Shown: positions 50,233-60,405 of the stretch, piece by piece
Numbering within the stretch: position 1 is the stretch's first letter
Layout: every line of letters starts with the position of its first letter
Assembly (NCBI GenBank): GCA_048013815.1
Contig: CM106585.1
Span: forward strand, 11,780,001-11,844,000
Source: Setoptus koraiensis
Taxonomy: Eukaryota; Animalia; Arthropoda
Direction: 5' to 3'
Length of the DNA: 64,000 nucleotides
Translations under genes and position numbers: made by a program
Notes under the pieces: generated by a model
Databases searched by the model: none
Told to the model about the DNA's origin: nothing
What the model saw: only the letters and a program-made list of their open reading frames with translations

Positions 50233-50827
50233 CGCCGGTGCGCGGCGAATCAGTTTGATCAACAAACAACAGGTAGTTGTTGCGCAACTGGCCAGCAGCA
50301 CGAGCAACCATTGAACGGCTGCCCACTAACAACGGCAACAATTATGAGCCGGAATCCGTGGGCCAGCAACGCGCCGTTTAGGCGCGCCCGGCCGTTTATC
50401 AGATTCATCGGACGCACTCAAATCTGCTGCGGGCCCATTCACCTGCTCACCTGTTCAAACGCCGGTCAGCGCTCACCTGTTCGAACGCCGGCCAGCGCTC
50501 ACCTGTTCGAACGCCGGTTAGTGTTGTGGCTGGCCAGGCAACGGGACTGCCGACACATGACAATTTGTGGCCTGTTGGCGCGACCTGAGCGACTGCGCTC
50601 TGGCCAGATTTATATCGACCGGCCAGATCGCACAGTTCGGCCAATCGACTGGCCGGCTCACCGCATATCCGGCCAGCTGATCGGATATCTGGCCAGCTGA
50701 TCGGATATCTGGCCAGTTGATTTATCTGGCCACAGCAAAACGGCACAAGAGGCACCACCTACAGCACACCGGAGACGGCGTTTCGCGGACAGCGCCCGGC
50801 TGCAAGTTGCAACTCGCCAGCGTGCGC

Positions 50828-50916
50828 TGTTGTCGTCGTTGTTGCTGTCGTTGTTGTCGTCGTTGTTGTTGTTGTCGTTGTTGTTGTTGTCGTCGTTGTT
50901 GTTGTTGTTGTTGTTG
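50828..50916. repeat. Compound (TTG/TCG)n microsatellite
   Basis: Directly visible. Confidence 0.9.
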
Positions 50917-51531
50917 CGAGATGAGATGCGAATTCAGGGCGATATTCACGTGATCAACGGTGATTAATCGTCACTAGTCGCCAGTGTTATCGTGCTGCCA
51001 TGGCAACCTGATAGTTTGTGCAGCATCCAGATAATAATAATCAATTAAGACCAGATTAGATCTCTGTCTATTGTTGGTGGCAGCAATAAACGCAAATATG
51101 AACAATGTTGTTGCCGGTTGCTCAATTATAACAGGCATCATCATTAGCATGGCCAGCCATTTGGTTGCATATTGTGTGTAGTGGCATCGTATGCGATTGC
51201 ATTATGTAATGGCGACCATTGCCAACTTTTGCCCATAGCAGCACACGTGAATCACAGCAACAACGGCAACAACACCGGCAACAACAACGGCAACAACAAC
51301 AGCAACTGGGCATGCTGTTGCATAACAATAAGCAGTTCGGCCATTAGCTTCGCATTAGATAAATAAATAGAACAACAACGAACAGACCACACACAAACAA
51401 ACACACGGCGCTCATTAACCATTAACAATAATTAATATAAATTCGGCCGCTTTCACCTGGTCGCTTTGTCGCTTTGCACCGTGCTGTCCGCCGGAGCGCA
51501 CGGCGAAAACTTGTCCGCGCAGCTTGCGCAA

Positions 51532-51630
51532 GAAGCTCCTTTCGGGGGCGAGCGAATCCTCGAGCGAAGCTTCTTTCGGGGGCAAGCGAATCCTCGAGCG
51601 AAGCTTCTTTCGGGGGCAGAAGAATCCTCG
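51532..51630. repeat. 34-bp minisatellite (gaagcttctttcgggggcaagcgaatcctcgagc) x3
   Basis: Unit starts at 51532, 51566, 51600. Confidence 0.9.
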
Positions 51631-52863
51631 GAGAAAAGAAGTTCGAAATGAGCTCGTCCGCGTTCGCTCTGGGCACGCTTTCCCATGCGCCGTTGGCGTG
51701 TTGCCCGTCGAGCGCGACTCACCTTGAATTGCCCGCAATGACGCGCCGGACAGCTGAACGCATGGCGCGGCCGGGCGTCGTTGCCCGCATTTGATACCTC
51801 GGGCCGGCGGTGCGAGTGTCCAATAGAAATCACAATGCCGAAATATAACACAATGCCGAAATGTGCTTCATGTCGGAGCAGACGAACGGCCAGTCTCGGC
51901 GAGCAACAAACAATTAATGCCAGCGCGCCAGACATTGGACAACAACGAATGCGGGTCATTGTTTATTCTTCATTGTGCTGTTGCTCGTTGGCGCAATTGG
52001 CGCAATTACATCACCGATTTGCGATTACACGACTAATTACATGACTGATTGACCGGACCCGGCGCGGCGCGGACAGGGCGCCAAACTGTTACGTCAGTGG
52101 GCTCGACGGCGCCGGCGAGCGTCGCCGAGCGATGTCAAATGCGCCAGCAACAATGTTGATGTGTTGTTGACATGAGCTTGCATGAGATTGCCGCCATGGT
52201 GGCGCCATCTGGCCGGCCAGGTAACTCGTTGGCGGGCGACAGGTGAGCGAGTTTTGTTGGCGGTTTGGTCGAAAAACTGGCCGGCAAGCGAGCCGGTTGA
52301 CAGCGCCCAGCGAGCAATAGGTCTGGTGGCATGGTCACGGTAGACAGATAAATACGGGGTGATACATGGATGCAGATAAATGGCAACAAACATGGATGCG
52401 ATAAATGATACACACGACCAACACACAAATTCAATGTATCTGTTTGGCCCGATGGCTCAATGGCCGATGCGAGCCTGATATCAGTCTGATATTAGCTGTC
52501 TGATAGCTGATTAGCCTCGCAAATATTGTCTCTGTTAATCTCTCTGGCGAGCGACATCAACAGCCGGCCGAGATAATATAATATAATAGATAATATAATA
52601 GATAAGATGCTGCGCGGCCAACAACAACAACAACAACACCAGCGACACCAACAGCAATTACATAATGAATGTTGTGCGAGATTGTAGGCAAGATTGCCAC
52701 AAGTTGGTCTCGGCGGGTCTCGACATTGTGGCGCTTGGCATAGGCATTTGTGCCGAGATCGTCATTGGTTGCGTTACGTTCCCTAAGGTGACATTAGCCG
52801 GCTGGATATATCACTAAATTTATATCTTTATCTGTAAAGATAAAGAGTAGATGATAGCGTCAT

Positions 52864-52951
52864 GCACAACAACAACAGCAACAGCAACAACGACAGCAAC
52901 AACGACAACGACAGCAACAACGACAACGACAGCAACAACGACAACGACAAC
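52864..52951. repeat. Compound (CAA/CGA/CAG)n microsatellite with 18-bp higher-order period
   Basis: gacagcaacaacgacaac repeated. Confidence 0.9.
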
Positions 52952-53588
52952 GCTCGCTCAATTATGGGCTGCTCAGGTGAGTTTGTCGACAACAACAACT
53001 CATTGAGCCAACTTGTTTTGGCTGTTTGTTTGCCCAAACAGCAGTGGCAGCCTTTTCTCTTTCTCTCTCGTTTCTCAACAATCTTGTCGCTGCTCTCCCT
53101 GATATTTATTTGATATTTGTTTGATATTTATTTGCTATTTATTTTCTTCTCGCAGTTTTGTCGCCTGGCCCGGCCGAGCGAGCCAGCGAGCTTAATTTGA
53201 TTTGATTGAACGTTGAATGTTGCGATAATAGCACACACACACACACACACAATTTTGTCACAAATCAGATAAAAATAAACGTCTCAGAATTAGACGAGAT
53301 TGCTAGCCGGCTGCTGCTGGCGTGACGTTAAATCATGTCGCCTCGTTGTTGCGGCTCGACGGCCGGCCAGCACAACAAGTCGCCATTTTGGCCATTCGCT
53401 CTAAGGTGCGTTCAATCTGGCCAGACTGTGGCTGGCTCGATGACGGCCACTCAGTACAATGTGTACAAGTGTGTGTGTGTGCGCAATTCCCATTCAATTA
53501 TGTGATGATGTTATGTAATATTAGATTGGATTTGCGACAACAAACAAGCCAACAGACGGGCGGTCATGGGACAGTCACGGGACTCTCG

Positions 53589-53693
53589 TTGGTCGGCCGC
53601 ATTGGTCGGCCGCATTGGTCAGTCGCATTGGTCGGTCGCATTGGTCGGTCGCATTGGTCATTCGCATTGGTCGGTCGCATTGGTCGGTCGCAT
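53589..53693. repeat. 13-bp tandem repeat (attggtcggtcgc) x8
   Basis: ATTGG at 53601, 53614, 53627, 53640, 53653, 53666, 53679. Confidence 0.95.
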
Positions 53694-54435
53694 AGGGGGC
53701 GCTCGCCTGGAGGAACAGATTGGCGGACAGGGCAACTTGTTGTCGTTGTGGCCGCTACACACAACTGTCGCGCCAACGGTGAACTATGTAGCCAACTTGT
53801 CGTGTTAGCAGTAGCCACTTTGGTGCTTCAATGACGCAATATTACCTTCGCAATATATCACATTACGTCATTAGTGAGCCGCCCATTAGCGGGCGGCCTG
53901 GCGGCGCAAGCGCCGCGGCCAGCGGGGGCGAGGCGGGGGCGTTCGCAAGCTGTCACCTGTTGGCGTTGAGCCCTTCGTGTCCGAGCTGCTGCGGCCAATT
54001 GGCCGCAGCAGGCTGATTGACTGACAGCAGACTTTTGCAGCGATTTATTATACATATTATAGAGTTGTTTGTCGCAAACTATAATGCACACTGTGCATTG
54101 CAGAGTCCCCACTAGAGAGTCCGCAATAGAGAGTCCGCATTTGACAGTGCGCACCAGAACAAACAGCCACTGCAATCAGCTGTGGCCAATGACCAATGTC
54201 CAGTTAATAATAAATGCTCTCAATTTTAATGTTGTTGGTGTTGTCGCTGGCGAGCGCCATTCACGCTGGCTGCAGTTGTGTGTGCGCTAGGTTGACTCTG
54301 GGCTCGCGTCATGGCGCCGTTGTCAGTTGTCAAATGTCATTAGACAGTTGTCAGTTGTCGTTTGACAGTTGTCAGCTGTTGCCAGCTGGTTGGCCCAGTT
54401 GGCCAGTTTGCTCACAAGTTTGTCAGTTTTAGTCT

Positions 54436-54577
54436 GTCGCTGTTCAGTCGCTGTTCAGTCGCTGGTCAGTCGCTGGTCAGTCGCTGGTCAGTCGCTGGTC
54501 AGTCGCTGGTCAGTCGCTGGTCAGTCGCTGGTCAGTCGCTGGTCAGTCGCTGGTCAGTCGCTGGTCAGTCGCTGGTC
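54436..54577. repeat. 11-bp tandem repeat (gtcgctggtca), ~13 units
   Basis: Directly visible; the first two copies read gtcgctgttca. Confidence 0.95.
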
Positions 54578-56492
54578 GGTGGCGGCCGACAACAGTGACG
54601 AGGACAGTGACGACGACAGTGACGAGGACAGTGACGACGACAGTGACGGACAATGGTGGCAGCAGCGGTGGCGATATTAAGAATTTAAAGAGCAGATTGT
54701 AAATAAATGGACAGATAAACGCGGCGAGCGAAGCACCTGTTTATGTTGTGCCAAATGCGCTGCCGGGCACACTGGCCATAATGTAGCGGCCGGCGATAAC
54801 TATGTGTCTATTGCCGTGTGTCTATTAGTTGGCCAGCAGCAGCCAGCATCGATTTAATTGATCATCTTCAATCTAATTGACGACGACGACGAGCCTAATT
54901 GAAAAGATAGAGTTCGCTGCCGGCCAGACTGTTCGCTGCAAACTGTTTAAGCTATCGCTGCAAACTGTTTAAACTATCGCCAGCGCCAAGCCGGCGTAGA
55001 TTGCAGATTGCGCAACAGCGCCGCAGAACAGGTTACATAATGTGACTTGCGTTCGTTTTGTTGACGAGTTTCGTCATCAGCCGCCAGCGTCTATTAGTTG
55101 GCCGCGTTGGCCTGCGTTGGCCAGTGTCAAACGGCCCAAACGAAGCCAACGCTGGCCAGATAAACAAGTGCACAAATGGTCCATTTCGAATGCAGCCGAT
55201 GGCCACAATTTATGCGACTGGCCAACGGTATTACGCAACACCAACCGCTCATATAAATAAACATCATCGCTGGCATGCGATGCAACGGCACAGCAGCTCA
55301 CTCAATCTGTCTATTATCTATTGAATTAATCTAGATGCCAATCTATTCTCGGCGTACCTTATGGCCGCCGCTGCGACCGCTGGCCGGCGCGCTCTCGCCG
55401 GCTGGCCACCATCGCCCGATGTGGGACCCAATGCGCAATGTGTGCCCGAGCGCGGCCCGAGCCGGCCAGCAAAGTCGCCCGGCCCGACAGCGGCCAATAA
55501 CGTCGCCCGGCTTGAAAATTGCCCGAAATGTGGCCCGGCGCAAGTGTCGCCCGGCGCAAGTGTCGCCCGGTGGCGCACAGTCGCGCGACATTTGTGCCAG
55601 CATCGGGCCGACGGCATCGGGCCGACGGCGTCGGGCGACACTCGCGCGACATTTGTGCCGGCATATCGGCGCGCATATCGGATATCAGCGGGCCAGTGCT
55701 ATAGGCATATTGGCGCGTTATTGGGCACCAATCGCGGCCAATAATGCACAATAACCCGACATTATACAAACCCGACACATTATATAATGTGTCGGGTTAT
55801 TGTGCATTATTGGCCCGCTGCGGTCGGCCGCTCGCATGCCCGCTGCGACCAGCAGCAAAGAGTTGGCACGACAACTATTGGGTTCTGGGGGGCTGGGGGG
55901 CGCGCGCGCGCGCGGTCGAAAGAGTTGGGAGTATTGGTGCGCACCAATACTCGCCGACACTCCAAGGCAAACAACGGCCGCCACGAGCGGATAATTGACA
56001 TTCGTCCGCCAGCCAGCGACACAAGCAGCGCCACGGTCCATTTATCATCGCTTTTATCGGGCGCCCCCAAACTGCCCAGTGCCCATAATGATGATGATGA
56101 TTAACACAGTTTGCTAATGACCAGACCCTCCGCGTCCAATAATCTCTCTCTCTCTCTCTCTCGCTCACTCTCGAGGTCTCGCAGTCTGGTCGCCAGAGTC
56201 TGGTGTGTCCGCTCGACCACCGGCTCACATTGCGACATTGCCGGCATTCGGGGCTCATTATCGGCCTCTGTATCGTTTGCGGCCCCCACCGCTTGGGTCG
56301 CTCCGGTGATTCCGGTCGCGGAGCGCGCGCAGCCAGATTTGGCCGGCCGAGTCATTCGCGGCACATTTCGCGGCAAGTTGATGCACGCACGTTATACATG
56401 CAACCCGGCCAATCAGCGCCCTCACTTCCGCTCGCAGTTTGTTGACCGCAACTGGATTTATCCGTTTATTAGGCGCGTACGCCAGGCCTTTG

Positions 56493-56533
56493 ACTGACAT
56501 ATACTGATATCGAATATATCAGTATATGTCAGT
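56493..56533. repeat. Perfect inverted repeat, 18-bp arms, 5-nt loop
   Basis: actgacatatactgatat-cgaat-atatcagtatatgtcagt. Confidence 0.95.
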
Positions 56534-58538
56534 GAATGTCAGTCTATGTATATTTGTGCCGATTGTGGTGAACCGTGAATACAGTGCCGCATCTGCACGA
56601 CAACAATTATCAGCCGACAATTATCGGCCTCGTTAGCGTGAGCGCGGCCCCCGATATTCATGACAATCGAGTCAGTTCAGGTAGCGACCAGCAGGGGTCC
56701 GATTGGGGCCAATTAGCAGCAACGCAACAGCAAACAACAAACAAACAACAAACCAACAACTTCGGGGCGACGACACTCGACAGGCCGACCAAGGGGCCAA
56801 TTATTGTTGAGTGCATAGGTGCGATATTGTTTCTGTTTGTGCCGGCCGTGGCAGTGTTGGCCAATACTCCAAATTGGTGTTGCCGATACTTGTTGTGATA
56901 CTATGGCAATGATAGCGCCAAATGAAAGAAAAACGGCAAATGTCAGACGAAATGCAAATGTGAAACGAAACAAAACAGGCGCGCAGCGCCATCTCGCGAC
57001 CGTGCCAGCGCACGAGAGACAAGACAGACTTTCCGAGAGTGGCACCGACCAACCAAATTGGTTGAACCAATCTCAGCACGTACGCTATAATATAGCGGCC
57101 ATTATAGCCGGGCTATATCGGTATGCAACCGGGGTGCACGTGGTTTCGGTAGCTCGCCACGTAATTTGGTGCCTAATTTGGTGCCCGAGTCGCCATGTCG
57201 AATCAATCGCGCCCGTGAGGTGCCAGCAACACTGACAAATTGGTTGTGAATGCAAGATATGGACGCGAACTGACCGGCCCCGACTTGTGAGGCGAAAAGT
57301 CGGGCCCGAGCGCGACTTTTCGGTGGGCGGCCGCTCGTCGACAGCGGTACAAACGACGACAAACTGACCGCGTCGGCCCGACATCGGCCAAGAATGCGGC
57401 CTTTGTGGCGCGCCGGCCACACACGAATCGCAGCGCCGAAGCGCCCAAGAATTCTCCCGGAGCGGGCGACATTGATGCGATCGATCGATGTAATATCGGC
57501 CGGCGGGCCGGCCGGCCGGATTCTCGTTACGGCCCATCACTCATGGCGGGCCGACGATGAGCGCACCACAACTAATGGGGCGCGCTCGGTGGCTCGCCCA
57601 TGACATGGGCTCGCCGACATGACAGCTCGGCCCATTAGTTGTTTGGTTGGCTTTATTTTTTACTAAACCGCTGGCTGATTGTTTGTCGCGAGCGCGGGCT
57701 CGGGCGCGGACGCAAACAAAGGGTGGGCATGGCATGAAATCGGCGGCCGCGGCGGCGGCGGCTGTCACACGGGCGACGTCGCCCCGCATGTCGGCCGCAA
57801 ACACACTGGCCAACAAATGACAAAAACGAGCAACATGACTGATGAGATTGTAATTACCGTTATTGTTGTAAATTGCGCCTAGGCAAACAATGATGCTCCT
57901 AATCACTGGCCGAAATCGGCCGCGGTCGCCGCCAACAACCGCTGCCGCCTGTGACCGCCGGCCCGTCCGCCGCCGGCCAGTAAATCACGCGCGCGCCGAT
58001 CAAGTGCGCGCCCGGCAAGTGCACCTCTTTTGCTGCCCCCCTGGCTCTCTGGTGCGCTGCTTTTGGTGCGCCCCCCACGCCGGACAAGCGAAGCGATTTG
58101 GCAGTCGTGTCGCTCTTTCATTTTTGGCCTCCATTTCAATAAATTCCGTCCATTTCATGCGTACCGCACTCATTTCCGCGGGCCACCCATCGATGACCGA
58201 TCAGCTGATCGCGATATCGCTCATTGGCGGGTCGGGCCGGCGCCCGAGACGCGCCGCCGACAGTCGGCCGGTCAGCTGATTGACAGTTAGTTACAGTCTT
58301 GGTTGCGCCGCTCGCAGTCATTCTTGTCCGCCGCCAATGACAGCCGAGCGGGCGGGCGGGCGGGCATCGATCGATCGCCATTTGCGTCGCGACATGATCA
58401 ATCAATCATGTTGGACATAATCATTTTTTACCAACATTGGGCGTGACATTTGATCCAATTCGCCCGAACGGCTCCCCCGTTTCCATTTGCCGTTTGTGCG
58501 GTGTCGCTGCTCGGGGGCGCACTCTCGCCGCGTTCGGT

Positions 58539-58616
58539 GGCCCGTAGTGCGCGCCCGTCGGCCCGTAGTGCGCGCCCGTCGGCCCGAAGTGCGCGACCGT
58601 CGGCCCGAAGTGCGCG
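58539..58616. repeat. 21-bp minisatellite (ggcccgtagtgcgcgcccgtc), ~4 units
   Basis: Unit starts at 58539, 58560, 58581, 58602. Confidence 0.9.
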
Positions 58617-60275
58617 CTTGTGGGCGCCCCATGTGCGAGCTGCTCCGAAATGCGCCACCGGCCGCCGAGACAACGCCGACGCCGAGAGGCTGCTCCGAGG
58701 CAAACTTTTCCGGCGACCGACGCGCCTCGATCCACTAAAAACTATAACTTCATTTAATCTGCGCCACGAGCGCTCCCAAACATGACCGGCGCTGCCGCCG
58801 CGGCGGCCATTATATTGTGTCGGGCGAAACGTCGCCGGCAGGGGCGTCCTTTTTGTTTGGGGCCCGTCAGCGATCTGATTTCAGCGGCGCATTGTGCAGC
58901 CGGCAACAATCTATGCGCGCGCTGTGACAGCCAGCGCAGTTTTGCCAGCCCTTGGCCACTTTGATCGATGGGGGCCCCGTCGGCAAAGAATGGGCCCGAG
59001 CCAGTGCAGAGCTATGCGCCAAATGATCAGTCACTTCTCATATCGCACCACGAGCGCGTGATATGCGGTCATGCAAATGCAGACAGTGCGAGATTATCTT
59101 GGCGACTTATTTTGCTCGGCACTGTATTTAACTTGCGGATATTTGAAGTGAGGCGCGCATGCCAATGTTCAAATATCCGCTGCACCCGCTCAATGCGGGC
59201 GCCGATATTGTGTCACTGGCACCCGGATGTTTGGTTGCGAACGATACAACCAAAGCTGTGACTGCTTGCGTAACACGGCCACTTGGCGGGTTTTATCGGG
59301 CCGGGTTTTGTGTTGCGCAATCAGTGCGGCGTTGCACCGGCCAATCAACCTGTTTTCGGCAATTATTGCCCAAATTGCACAGCATCCCATTGTGTGTCCG
59401 TTGCTCTGGGTTTCTCGGTTGCTCCGGCTTTCTCGGCCGGCGCACTCTAGTGGCCAGACTCTGGAACTAGAGTGACCCCATCTAGCGTGGACTGTTCACA
59501 GTCGGCACCGCCGGCGAACAAGTGCGACCCTGCCGCTGGGGCCCAGCGGGCCCGACGAGCCCCGAGGAGCCGCCGTTGCGCCCGATATTCGGCCGACACG
59601 AGTGTGTCACACGAATGGCGGGTATCGGGTATTGGCTGCCTATATTGTAAACTTTGCTGCCGTCGGTTGTTGTCGGTCGCTGTCGGTTGTTGTCGGTCGT
59701 TGTCGGTTGTCGTCGGTGGGCCATTGTTGATTGAGTCACGTCTCTCGTCATCGGCGATCTCCGGCGGCGGCGGCCTCGGCCAGAGCTGCAACCGAGCGGC
59801 GGCCAACCGGCGCCCGACCGGCGCCCACTGGCGCCCGGCAGACGAGCCACGAAAATAAAGTTATGCAATAAACAACAGTTGCTCAGGCCCGATCGGAAGC
59901 GCTCAGTTTGGCCGGCGCTGTTGCGATGTGCGCTGAAAAGAATCAATTTAATCCGCTGCCGCGTCGTCGGCGGTGACTCATTTTGTCAGCGCCCAGCCAC
60001 GGGCTCGCCCCTGGCGCCAATTTCGGCTCGTGGCTGGGCGCCCCAACGAGGCGAGCCCGCGATGCCTGCTTTGGGGCGCCTAGCGACCGATTCTTTTGCT
60101 ATATGATCGCTGGCTGCTCTTCAAATCGCTGGCTGCTGCTCGAATCGTTGGCTGCGCTTTGAATCTGTCCGCTGGCCATTCTTCAATTCTGTGCCCGTTA
60201 TGTTGGCTGGCATAATTGCGGCCCGGCTGTCGGACGGGCGCGACATTGTGCGTTGGTCCCGAGACGTGCCCGGCC

Positions 60276-60405
60276 AGCAGCGACAACAACAGCGGCGACA
60301 ACAACAATAACAGCAACAACAACGGCAACAGCAGCAACAACAGCAGCAACAGCAACAACGGCAACAGCGGCAACAACAACAGCAACAACAACGACGGCAA
60401 CGACA
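60276..60405. repeat. Compound (CAA/CAG/CGG)n microsatellite
   Basis: Directly visible. Confidence 0.9.

Noticed and set aside
51532-51630. 34-bp partly palindromic repeats resembling CRISPR repeats (also 4201-4260, 18944-19066, 61212-61280)
   Set aside because: Copies are head-to-tail with no unique spacers, there are no cas genes, and the context is eukaryotic.
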